Shown here in pieces: positions 46,673 through 55,543 of a stretch of 64,000 nt of DNA. Numbering within the stretch: position 1 is the first letter of the stretch; each line of letters begins with the position of its first letter. The stretch lies in IMG/VR virus record IMGVR_UViG_3300020576_005251, positions 32,001 through 96,000 of that record. One strand, written 5' to 3'. The translations under genes were made by a program, and so were the position numbers. Below the pieces are notes generated by a model. That model searched no databases. It saw only the letters and a program-made list of their open reading frames with translations, and was not told the DNA's origin. The stretch is from a virus (Duplodnaviria; Caudoviricetes).

Positions 46673-47605
46673 ATGTCCTTCTCGATCGAAACCCCCACGA
46701 CCGACGTTCAGGCGGTGAACCAAGTGTTCTTCGACCTGCTGGAACGCGGCATGGACAAGCAGGCGGCGGAGTCGGGCAACCGACTGATCCGCACCGTCGT
46801 TCGCCAGGAGGCGAACGTGCGCTCCCTCTACAACGTCACGCCCGTCGGCCCGGGGGATCTCGATCAGCATCCCACCTCCGACCAGCCGATGAAGTACCTC
46901 GACGTGGAGCCCAACAGCGAGGCGTCGGCGGTGCAGTTCTACGCCACGCCCGAGGCGGAGTCCTACACGCTGTCACGCGTGCCGGGCTTCTTCCAGATGC
47001 TCCAGTCGAAGGAGTTCTACAAGAACAAGTTCGAGCTGATGACGAACCGCAACGACGTGCGGCAGATCCTCGCCGAGAACTCGACGAAGGACGTGGGCGA
47101 TCAGGAGGACGTGGCGTGGCGTCGTGGTGCGCTGATCCACATCAAGCGCAACCCCACGGTGCAGCGTTCGACCTTCGCGTCGCTGACGCCCACCGCGTGG
47201 AAGAGCGCGATGCAAGCCGTCGTCGATCGGCGTCAGCCGGTGGGCAAGGGCCTCCTCGCGGAGTCCCGGTACATGGACATGATGGACCAGCCCGCCACCG
47301 TCGTGGGCGAGTCGATCGCGCGGCGCCACTACGAGGAGGGGATCAAGAACGAGAAGGGCCTGCTCGGGCTCCCGGTCGTCACCTCGGTGAAGACCGACAT
47401 CTACCTCAAGGACGAGGCGTGGATCGTTCCCCCCGAGGAGTTCATGGGCGCCTTCTGGACGCTCCAGGACGCGACGCTCTTCGTGGAGCAGCGCGGCCCC
47501 ATGATCCGCTTCTACGTCTACGAGTCGATCTGCATCGTGTTCGCGCGCGGCAACGCCCTCCAGCAGATCCACTTCAACGGCCAGCCCAACGGCGGTCTCG
47601 TCTGA
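46673..47605 (+). CDS. Major capsid protein
   Basis: 310 aa, extreme codon bias, AGGAG RBS; position after protease/scaffold/decoration and before neck and sheath; N-terminal DKQAA. Confidence 0.68.
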   Translation: MSFSIETPTTDVQAVNQVFFDLLERGMDKQAAESGNRLIRTVVRQEANVRSLYNVTPVGPGDLDQHPTSDQPMKYLDVEPNSEASAVQFYATPEAESYTLSRVPGFFQMLQSKEFYKNKFELMTNRNDVRQILAENSTKDVGDQEDVAWRRGALIHIKRNPTVQRSTFASLTPTAWKSAMQAVVDRRQPVGKGLLAESRYMDMMDQPATVVGESIARRHYEEGIKNEKGLLGLPVVTSVKTDIYLKDEAWIVPPEEFMGAFWTLQDATLFVEQRGPMIRFYVYESICIVFARGNALQQIHFNGQPNGGLV

Positions 47606-47624
47606 TAGAGCCTACCCTTCCTGG

Positions 47625-47921
47625 GTGAGGCTCCTCCTCCACAAGCTCGCCGCTCACGCGCACGACCGCATGGTCGAACGCACTCCATTCCCCAGGTCCC
47701 ACGTTGACGAGCTCCAGCGCTCGGTCGACGCCTTGGGGTTGGACCCTGGCACCTACCACCTCCCCCTGCGGCATCGCGACGGCACCGTCCTGGGCTACGC
47801 CCAGTTCAAGGCTGTGCCAGAGCGGAGGGCGCCGGTCCTGGCGACCGTCCTAGGGCCTACGATGAAGCCTGGGGGATTCGACATCGAAGATCTCCTGCGA
47901 GGAGGGGTCCATGCGCGTTGA
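47625..47921 (+). CDS. Small protein with H-A-x-x-R-x-x-E-R motif (possible RNase-toxin-like fold)
   Basis: HKLAA-HAHDRMVER...VLATVL. Confidence 0.45.
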   Translation: MRLLLHKLAAHAHDRMVERTPFPRSHVDELQRSVDALGLDPGTYHLPLRHRDGTVLGYAQFKAVPERRAPVLATVLGPTMKPGGFDIEDLLRGGVHAR

Positions 47922-48747
47922 GGTCACTCAAGTCATCTCCGTGTTTCCCCGGGGCGTGTTCCTCCAGTGGACGCTTCGTGACGCAACCGAGTCGGGCGCT
48001 TATCTGGCGACCGTCGAGCGTTCTGGGAGCGCAGAAGGGCCGTGGGAGGTCATCCTCCCGCCCACGGCAGATCAATACGCCGTACGGGACGCGCTCGACC
48101 AAGCCCCGACCACCCCCTCCTACTTGTCTCCGAACCAGCTGACGCTGATGGATCGCCTCCACTACCGGATCCGCGTGAAGACGCCGAGCGGTCGTGAGCT
48201 CTCCTGCGTCACCGACACCAACGCAGCGACACCCAACCCAACGCCTGCGGCCTCCAAGATGCTCCAGCACAAGCGGCACATCCAGCTGGAGTTCACCAAG
48301 AGCCTGCGATACCTCGGGACCCCGGTGCTCCTGTACAAGCGGAGGCGATGGGGCGTCCGGTGTTCCCGCTGCGTAGACCCGCGCACCAACAAGGTCGTGC
48401 GCGCGGACTGTCGCGCTTGCTGGGGCACAGGGTTCGAAGGCGGCTACTGGACGCCGTACCCCACGGAGGCGGTGCGCAGCTCGCTGGAAAGCAGCGTCAC
48501 CCCGACGAGCGACAAGAAGGCGGAGGGGGCCTCGACGAACGTGATCCTCCCGGTCTACCCCGCAGCGGAGCCAGACGATGTCCTGGTCTGTCTCGAAGAT
48601 CAGAAGCGCTTCGTGATCCAGTCCCAGGTGCAGTCCGAGATCCGGTTGCGCGGTGTCGTGCAGACACTCGGGGCCTTGGAACTCAGCCGAGATCACGTAC
48701 TCTTCTCCTTGAACGCACAGCCCCTCACCGTTCCGCCGCTGTACTGA
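47911..48747 (+). CDS. Probable neck/head-closure protein
   Basis: FN3-like N-terminus, CSRC...CRACWGTGFEGGY; position between capsid and sheath. Confidence 0.55.
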   Translation: MRVEVTQVISVFPRGVFLQWTLRDATESGAYLATVERSGSAEGPWEVILPPTADQYAVRDALDQAPTTPSYLSPNQLTLMDRLHYRIRVKTPSGRELSCVTDTNAATPNPTPAASKMLQHKRHIQLEFTKSLRYLGTPVLLYKRRRWGVRCSRCVDPRTNKVVRADCRACWGTGFEGGYWTPYPTEAVRSSLESSVTPTSDKKAEGASTNVILPVYPAAEPDDVLVCLEDQKRFVIQSQVQSEIRLRGVVQTLGALELSRDHVLFSLNAQPLTVPPLY

Positions 48748-48748
48748 G

Positions 48749-49486
48749 ATGACCCCTGGCGAGAGCTTCCACGGACTCCCACGACTCGCAGATCAGCACC
48801 CGGACGTGTTCCCGGGTTCGCCCACGGCGCTGATCGCGGTCTTCTGTGCGATCGTCCAGGCGCGCTTCTACCGCCAAGGTGGAGCGCCTCCACTCCCGTG
48901 GTTCTGGTCCATGGACGGCACTCCGCGTGAGGACGACAGCGGGGGCCTGCCCGGAGACACGCCCGAGGACGCGCGCGAGGGCCGACGGATCGAGATCGCA
49001 CCTGCGACGCAAGAGCACCCCGACCAGCGAAACAACTACCCTGCGTTGCTAGTCAGTCGCAGCCCCCTCGTCTACCGGAGTCTCGGGACTCGGCGCACCG
49101 TGCATGAGGAGCACCCCTTCCGCGCGCAGATGTTGATGTGTCACGCGACTACGAACATCACCATCCAGTGCCTCTCGCGCAACGATGGCGAGAGCGCCAA
49201 CCTCGCGGACCTCGTGGCCAGCTACCTGTACGGCAGCACCCAGGAGCTGACGGAAGAGTTCAACATCTACAACATCGGCGACCCGATCATCGGAGTCACC
49301 GACATCTACAAACGCCTCGGCAACGAGGTGCACGCGTGGCGCACCGACGTTCAAGTCGAAGTGACCATCACGTACAAGTGGTACAAGTACCCACTCGCAC
49401 CGATCCTGCGCGAGTTCCGCGCACGTCTGAGCGCTCGCGACGAGACTCGGGACCTCCGAGCCGTCCTCCTCACCAATCCCCCCTGA
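48749..49486 (+). CDS. Probable tail-terminator/neck protein
   Basis: YPALLVSR...ITIQCLSRNDGESANLADLV; directly upstream of the sheath. Confidence 0.5.
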   Translation: MTPGESFHGLPRLADQHPDVFPGSPTALIAVFCAIVQARFYRQGGAPPLPWFWSMDGTPREDDSGGLPGDTPEDAREGRRIEIAPATQEHPDQRNNYPALLVSRSPLVYRSLGTRRTVHEEHPFRAQMLMCHATTNITIQCLSRNDGESANLADLVASYLYGSTQELTEEFNIYNIGDPIIGVTDIYKRLGNEVHAWRTDVQVEVTITYKWYKYPLAPILREFRARLSARDETRDLRAVLLTNPP

Positions 49487-49502
49487 CTACCCTTGAGGTG
49501 CC

Positions 49503-52457
49503 ATGTCGCTCAAGCCGCTGATTCTGATCTTCCAGGACCTCGTCCAGCCCACCTCGACCCCGGTCATCCCCGACCTGAACGCGGTGATCATCGGCCCTGC
49601 CTACGACATCTGGGATTACCTGGATGACGGAGCGGCGCTCCTGCTCAGTACGGCGTACGGGACCGAAGACGGGAGCGCCGCGAGCTACGTCCCCCCCACC
49701 AGCTCGGCCGAAGTGATCACGGTGAACGAGGGTGGGTATCCGCAGCAGTCGGCGGGCGCCCGCGTCGACACCGCGTCAGTGCGCGTCGCACTGCGCAACC
49801 CGCGAGTGGTTCTCGGGTCGACGCTCTCGACGCTGACCGACGCCCCCGTCCTGGGTGCAGGCGCCACCACCAGCAGCAGCGACCGGACGCTCGTCACGAT
49901 CACGACCCCTGCGATCGACTTCCTGGTCGCAGGAGTCCAGCCGGGGGATCGCATCCTCCTGACATCCTCAGCCGGGCAGGTGTGCGTGCGTACGGTCGCG
50001 AGCGTGGGGGAGCCCAACGGCGACGGACTGGTCGCGAGCGGCAACGAATCCAAGCTGCGCGTCAGCCAGGAACTCCCCGCCTCGGGGTCTGGAACGAGCG
50101 AGTGGACCTACAACTCGACCGGGGAGTTCCGCATCGAGCGAATCCTGACCACGCGCGGTCTGGAGTCGTCGCTCCCCATCACGTTCCCCGAGCCTGGGTC
50201 GACCAAGATGGTCATCAAGGGCGGAGTGACGCTCTCTCTCAACATCGCGCCGCGCCCTTCGGTGGCCACTCCGTCGCCGACGACGAGCGCTGTGACGCGC
50301 CCTGTGTCCTACGCCCAGGTCTACCTCAGCTACCGGGCCCTCCGGCAGGATCTCCAGCGGGTCAACTCGGCGGTGCCGAGCGACGAGGTGTCGGTCAACG
50401 GCATCCCCACGATCACGGGCCTGGGCAAGATCGACGCGCGCAACCCGCTCGCGGTGGGCGTGAAGCTCGCGCTGAACAACGGTGGGAACGTCCGGATCTA
50501 CTACTGGGGGGTGTCCTCGGATGACAGCACGGGCTACGCCAACGCGCGGGCGCGCATGGCCAGCCGTGGCGACCTCTATGTCTTCACGCTCCTGACCCAG
50601 GACATCAACATCATCGGCGCCTACAAGGCGGCGTTCGTGCAGCAAGCCGACCCCACCTACGCGCGTGACAAGGGGGTCCTCCAGCGCTTCCGCATGGTGC
50701 TCGGAAGCCTCGCACTTCCGACGGCCCTGACGCTCGTCCAGGACACCATCGTCGGCGTCGCGACCGCCGTGTCGGGCACCGCCACCGGGAAGTACCGCAC
50801 CTTCTCGATCGACGACGCATCGACGGGTGCCGGGCTGGGTGTGACCACGGTTCTCCCGGGTGACTTCATCACCTTCGGCCTCGCCGCTGCGGCTGGAAGC
50901 GACTGGGAGAACCGGCGCGGGACGCATCGCATCAGCCACGTGAACTCCTCGTTCGTGAGCTCGACCACGGCCACCAACCTGGAGCTCGTGCCGGGTTCCA
51001 CGCGCTGGGATGACACCGCTGCGGCGGCGGCGGACGATGTCGAGTTCGTTATCAAGGACGCGCTCGGCAACGTCAAGGCATCGAACTACAGCTCGGTGAC
51101 CATCGCCACGGGCACTGGGGGCACGCTCGGTTCCATCACGTACACCCGCAAGTCCGTCACGCCCGTGGGTGGACCCTACACCATCCGATACACCGCGAGT
51201 GGCGTCGCCAATGCGAACGCGTCGTTCAGCCTGAGTGGCTTCACGATCGTGATGACCCTGGGGTCTACGATCACGCACACGCAGCTCGCTGCCGCCGTGA
51301 CGGCAGACACAACGCTCTCCGCGCTCTTCACCGCAGTGGTGGCCAGTGGCGGATCTCAGGCGGTGATTCCGGCGTCGCAGGACCCTGCGGCTCCGGCCAG
51401 CGTCCTGCCTGAGTCGGGCACCTGCACGGCGGAGATCGTCGCCAACGACACGCTCTTCAACGACCTCGTGGACGCGTCGGCGACCTTCCTGTCGGACGGT
51501 GTCATCCCGGGTGACACGATCGAGATCCCGGTCGATCCGAACAACTACGCGCCCGACGCCTTCACGGGGCGTCTGCTCACCTACCGGGTGGCCTCGGTGC
51601 TCAGCGAGACTCGCTTGCGCATCGCGAACGGTGTCGATGATGACGTGACGGCGGCGCGCGAACTCCCGCACTACTACCTGCGGGACTTCTCGAACCGCCT
51701 GCTCGACAACGCGGCCCCGAACGCGATCAACTACCGCGTACGCCGTATGCTGACGGACGACGAGACCATCACCGCCGCGATCGCGCTGGCTCAGAGCCTC
51801 CGGTCGGCGCGCGCCACCATCGTGATGCCCGATCGCTGCCGTGTGAGCGACCTGCGCGACGGGTCTCTCACGCGTACCACCCCCTCGGTGCGCACCGCCG
51901 CTGGCATGCTCCCCGCCTACTACCTCGCCTGCTGCGTGGCAGGTGTGATCGCGGGCACGCCCAGCCAGATGGGCCTCACGAACGGCACCTTCCTGGGGAT
52001 CGACCGGCTGGAGAACGCGACGGACCGCTTCGACGAGGAGCAGCTCTCGCTGCTCAGCGACGGCGGGTTCTTCGTCTGCACCGTGGCCACTGAGGGCGCC
52101 CTGCCCGAGTGCCTCCACCAGCTGACGACCGACCCGACGACGCTGGAGACGGGTGAGGTCTCGGTGGTGAAGAACCTCGACTTCATCTCGACGGGTTACC
52201 AGACCCTGCTGAAGAGCTTCCTCGGGAAGTACAACGCCATCCCCGAGGCCCTCTCCGACATCCAGGAGGCGGTGGACAACTACGCGGCCCAGCTCAAGGG
52301 GCGCTACGTGGCGAACATCGGAGCGCCGCTCCTCTCCGGGCGGATGACTTCGCTCACCTACAGCCCGACCTCCCCGGACACGGCCGAGGCGTTCTTCGAG
52401 GTCGGCATCCCACGCCCTCTGAACAACATCGGCTTCCACCTCGTGGTCAAGCGCTGA
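49503..52457 (+). CDS. Contractile tail sheath protein
   Basis: 984 aa; sheath-type C-terminus AGTPSQMGLTN...HQLTTD...EVSVVKNLDFIS...PLNNIGFHLVV. Confidence 0.8.
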   Translation: MSLKPLILIFQDLVQPTSTPVIPDLNAVIIGPAYDIWDYLDDGAALLLSTAYGTEDGSAASYVPPTSSAEVITVNEGGYPQQSAGARVDTASVRVALRNPRVVLGSTLSTLTDAPVLGAGATTSSSDRTLVTITTPAIDFLVAGVQPGDRILLTSSAGQVCVRTVASVGEPNGDGLVASGNESKLRVSQELPASGSGTSEWTYNSTGEFRIERILTTRGLESSLPITFPEPGSTKMVIKGGVTLSLNIAPRPSVATPSPTTSAVTRPVSYAQVYLSYRALRQDLQRVNSAVPSDEVSVNGIPTITGLGKIDARNPLAVGVKLALNNGGNVRIYYWGVSSDDSTGYANARARMASRGDLYVFTLLTQDINIIGAYKAAFVQQADPTYARDKGVLQRFRMVLGSLALPTALTLVQDTIVGVATAVSGTATGKYRTFSIDDASTGAGLGVTTVLPGDFITFGLAAAAGSDWENRRGTHRISHVNSSFVSSTTATNLELVPGSTRWDDTAAAAADDVEFVIKDALGNVKASNYSSVTIATGTGGTLGSITYTRKSVTPVGGPYTIRYTASGVANANASFSLSGFTIVMTLGSTITHTQLAAAVTADTTLSALFTAVVASGGSQAVIPASQDPAAPASVLPESGTCTAEIVANDTLFNDLVDASATFLSDGVIPGDTIEIPVDPNNYAPDAFTGRLLTYRVASVLSETRLRIANGVDDDVTAARELPHYYLRDFSNRLLDNAAPNAINYRVRRMLTDDETITAAIALAQSLRSARATIVMPDRCRVSDLRDGSLTRTTPSVRTAAGMLPAYYLACCVAGVIAGTPSQMGLTNGTFLGIDRLENATDRFDEEQLSLLSDGGFFVCTVATEGALPECLHQLTTDPTTLETGEVSVVKNLDFISTGYQTLLKSFLGKYNAIPEALSDIQEAVDNYAAQLKGRYVANIGAPLLSGRMTSLTYSPTSPDTAEAFFEVGIPRPLNNIGFHLVVKR

Positions 52458-53308
52458 TGAAGGGCCTGTACGAGAAAGTGGCCTTCGGGCCCCTCGCGCC
52501 GCTCGCCGCGATGGGCGCGCGGGCTGCGATCGGCGCAGGGGCGCGCGCTGTCGGCAGCGCAGCACTTCATGCGGGCCGCGCCTTCATCGGCCAGGGCGCC
52601 CCGGGCGCGCTGACCGGAGCGGCGCGCGTCGGGCGAGGTGTCGGCAACACCCTGAACGGCGCCAATCAGGCGGCAGGGCTCTACCAGACGGTTCAGTCAC
52701 TCGCCCCGGCGCCTGCTGCGCCCAGCGCCAACTCCGCGAGCGTGCAGGCTTCATCACTGAGCCCGTCGATGAAGGCCGGATCGCTGGAGACCCGTCTGGC
52801 GAAGCTCGCCTTCGGCGTCTCCAACGCCGCGAACATCGGCGGGTACCTCTCGCTGATCGGGGCCGAGGCTGTGCCGCATGACAACCCGTGGCACATGCGC
52901 CTCGAAGCGCTGGGCCTCGGGACTCTCGCGGCGTCCACCGCAGGGACCATGATCGCAGACCCCGAGGAGCGCGGCCCTGGCCAGAAGGACCTCGCGGGCT
53001 TGGCGCTGTTCGGGAGCGCGCTGAGGGATCGGATGGGGCGAAAGCACGCGGAGGAGAAGCGGGGCGCATTCGGCCCCGTCCTGGATGTCACCCTCGCGGG
53101 TATCCCCTCCGCCATCGGCTACGCCGAAGGCGTTCGAACGCCCGTCAACGAGCGTGAGGCGCGCGAATACACCCAGGGCGGATTCAGTGTCCCTGGCTTC
53201 ATGCTCATGCCGGGGTACACGGGCTACCACCTGGGTCGTCGAGCGGCGGCACAGCGCGTCCTCGACCGGATCGCGCACGGGGAAGCCCCGGGCCCTGGCT
53301 CCCCCTGA
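52457..53308 (+). CDS. Three-module hydrophobic protein, each module starting K..AFG
   Basis: EKVAFG, AKLAFG and EKRGAFG each precede a Gly/Ala-rich segment. Confidence 0.6.
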   Translation: MKGLYEKVAFGPLAPLAAMGARAAIGAGARAVGSAALHAGRAFIGQGAPGALTGAARVGRGVGNTLNGANQAAGLYQTVQSLAPAPAAPSANSASVQASSLSPSMKAGSLETRLAKLAFGVSNAANIGGYLSLIGAEAVPHDNPWHMRLEALGLGTLAASTAGTMIADPEERGPGQKDLAGLALFGSALRDRMGRKHAEEKRGAFGPVLDVTLAGIPSAIGYAEGVRTPVNEREAREYTQGGFSVPGFMLMPGYTGYHLGRRAAAQRVLDRIAHGEAPGPGSP

Positions 53309-53353
53309 ACCACCACGGTCCAATACGCCGTACTCTTCACCTGAGGACCCCAG

Positions 53354-54133
53354 ATGCCCACCTACCCCATCGGTATCACACGCAGCTTCGGCACGTGGCA
53401 CTCGAACGACCACTCCGTCGAGCGTTCAACGGACAACGTGGCCTACGACGCCGCGCACGGTGACAACTGTCTGATCCTCGCAGGTCCCGCGCGCAAGGGC
53501 GTGGCCAGCACGGTGGGCAGTGGCCGAACCATGCGCGCGCTGGGGCACTCCCAGCAGTTCCAGTTCTCGTCCTCGGCGCCCGTCCAGGCAGCGCAGGGGA
53601 TCGGCTCCGCACGCAGCTTCTTCCTGCGCGGCAAGAGCCAGTCGCAGTGGTCGTGTACGCGACTCCTGCTGAACGGACTGAACCTCCTCGCCGCGATGTA
53701 CCACAGCGCGCGCGAGGCGGGGATTCCCCTGGATCAGTTCGACGATCCGGCCGCGCCCGCCAACAGCCCGCAGTCGCAGTTCGTCATCAACCTGGACAGC
53801 GAGCTCTTCTACATCCCCACCGGGTGGGGCATCACGATGCGAAGCAAGAGCCGCACGTTGATCGGGGGCTGCTACCTGGAGCTCTCGATGGTCTCGAACT
53901 GGGGCACCCAGATCACGGCGGGGAGTCCAATGCTCGCCGAGAGCGTCAGCGGACTCTGCGACCGCATCCTGCCCTATCAGGTGTCGGACGCCATGAACGC
54001 CCCGCGCGTGGGCCGCGCCCTCATGGATGCGGTCCTCGGGATGGGGCAGACGCCGCTGTCGCCTGCGGGCTACACGACGTTCTCCTCGATCCCGGCGACG
54101 GGCCTCGGCGACGCGACCGTCCCGGGTCTGTGA
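53354..54133 (+). CDS. Tail tube protein
   Basis: 259 aa after the sheath; tube-like LGHSQQFQFSS...QGIGSARSFFLRGK and GGCYLE...ESVS. Confidence 0.62.
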   Translation: MPTYPIGITRSFGTWHSNDHSVERSTDNVAYDAAHGDNCLILAGPARKGVASTVGSGRTMRALGHSQQFQFSSSAPVQAAQGIGSARSFFLRGKSQSQWSCTRLLLNGLNLLAAMYHSAREAGIPLDQFDDPAAPANSPQSQFVINLDSELFYIPTGWGITMRSKSRTLIGGCYLELSMVSNWGTQITAGSPMLAESVSGLCDRILPYQVSDAMNAPRVGRALMDAVLGMGQTPLSPAGYTTFSSIPATGLGDATVPGL

Positions 54134-54145
54134 TACCCTCGGGGG

Positions 54146-55495
54146 ATGCGTCCCCCGAACCGTGGCTCCTCCGACCCCCTCTCTCCCGCTCCCGGCTCCC
54201 CCGGAGTCTCCGTCCCCTTCGACCCCGCGCCTCGCGGGCGCCTGGAGCGGGGCGTGGTCCTCAGCGTCGACGCGAGGCGCCACAGCTATCGTGTAGCACT
54301 CAACAGCGGCAGACAGCTGACCGTGTCTCGGATCCTCCCCTCCCCGGGCGACTCGGGCCTGCTCCCGGCCGGGACGGACGTGGCGGTGACCTTCGACCTG
54401 GGCACGCCTTACATCCTCGGGGTGCTCCCACCGGGAGGCGCCCACGCCGATGGCACCGTGTCCCTCACCGACACCGACGGAAACGGGGGTGACGATCCGG
54501 CCTTGGACCAGCACCACTCGACGAACGGAAGAGACGCCACGACGCCCCGGGACTTGCTCCCCGGAGACCGCGCAATCACGTCCTCGGACGGCGCTTCGGT
54601 GGCGGCTCTCGCGGGAAAGGTCGCGATCCTTTCTGGGGGTCCGCTGGCGAAAGTGAGCGCCCACGGCGACACCGATCACGTCCAGGTCCGCGCGGGATCT
54701 CTGCGCACAGAGACGTGGATGGGCTTCTCCGAGACCGTCAACGAAGGCGGGAAGACCTCGTACCGTTTTCGCGGCGGAACCGATCAGCTCACACAGACGG
54801 GGCCCGGGGAGGAACGCTACACGATCCACCTGGATGCCGGTCACACAGGAGACGTTCTACGCCTGGAGCTGACGAACCGAGAGGGGCAGGCCCTGTTTCG
54901 ATTCCACGTGGATCCCACGGGGCATGTCGAGCTTTTCGCAGCCGGTGGCTTCGCACAAACACACGGGGATCGGAGCGATGCACCGCACGAGAGGGCTCAC
55001 CACGGCAACAGCTCCGAGCGGGTCACGGGGGACGTGGAAAACGTCGCGAATGGCTCTCGAACGGACCGCGTCGGTGAGTTTTATCGGGCAGAGGTGGGAG
55101 ATAATGTCGAGCTGATCGCAGGGGGCGGCATCAACCTCGTGGGCGCGAACAACGCCGCACTCCAGAGCGCGGGCCCCGTCGGGGTTGTGTCGGCGCAACG
55201 CGTCACAGTCTCCGGTCAAGGTGTAACGATCAAGCCCGGACTAGAGACGTTTCTGGTCGACACCTCGATCCCCGATCGAATCAAGTTCGGGGCCAGCGCG
55301 AGTTCGCACGGAGTGAAGTACGAGGAGCTCGCCCAGGTGCTGACGAGCATCCTTCGGGCCCTGAATGAGCTGAGATCCGCCTTCGCGACACACGCACACC
55401 CGGGGGCCCCTCAGAACCCCGCCTACCTCCAATACGCCGTACCGCTCACGGTGGATCTGGCAGGGTGTCGCTCCCTGGTCTTCCAGCTCGCGTGA
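54146..55495 (+). CDS. Baseplate central spike (gp5/gpV-like)
   Basis: OB-fold-like start GVVLSVDARRHSYRV, beta-repeat middle, terminal H-x-H (THAHPG). Confidence 0.65.
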   Translation: MRPPNRGSSDPLSPAPGSPGVSVPFDPAPRGRLERGVVLSVDARRHSYRVALNSGRQLTVSRILPSPGDSGLLPAGTDVAVTFDLGTPYILGVLPPGGAHADGTVSLTDTDGNGGDDPALDQHHSTNGRDATTPRDLLPGDRAITSSDGASVAALAGKVAILSGGPLAKVSAHGDTDHVQVRAGSLRTETWMGFSETVNEGGKTSYRFRGGTDQLTQTGPGEERYTIHLDAGHTGDVLRLELTNREGQALFRFHVDPTGHVELFAAGGFAQTHGDRSDAPHERAHHGNSSERVTGDVENVANGSRTDRVGEFYRAEVGDNVELIAGGGINLVGANNAALQSAGPVGVVSAQRVTVSGQGVTIKPGLETFLVDTSIPDRIKFGASASSHGVKYEELAQVLTSILRALNELRSAFATHAHPGAPQNPAYLQYAVPLTVDLAGCRSLVFQLA

Positions 55496-55543
55496 CACAC
55501 TAGACTACCGACGGGCCTGAGCGACAGGACCCAAGGAGTCATC

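Noticed and set aside
49968-52565. Long antisense or alternate-frame ORFs (also 34383-36395, 36701-38830, 26445-28094, 55565-57133)
   Set aside because: Shadow ORFs of high-GC3 genes; low-complexity R/G/A-rich translations without recognisable motifs.
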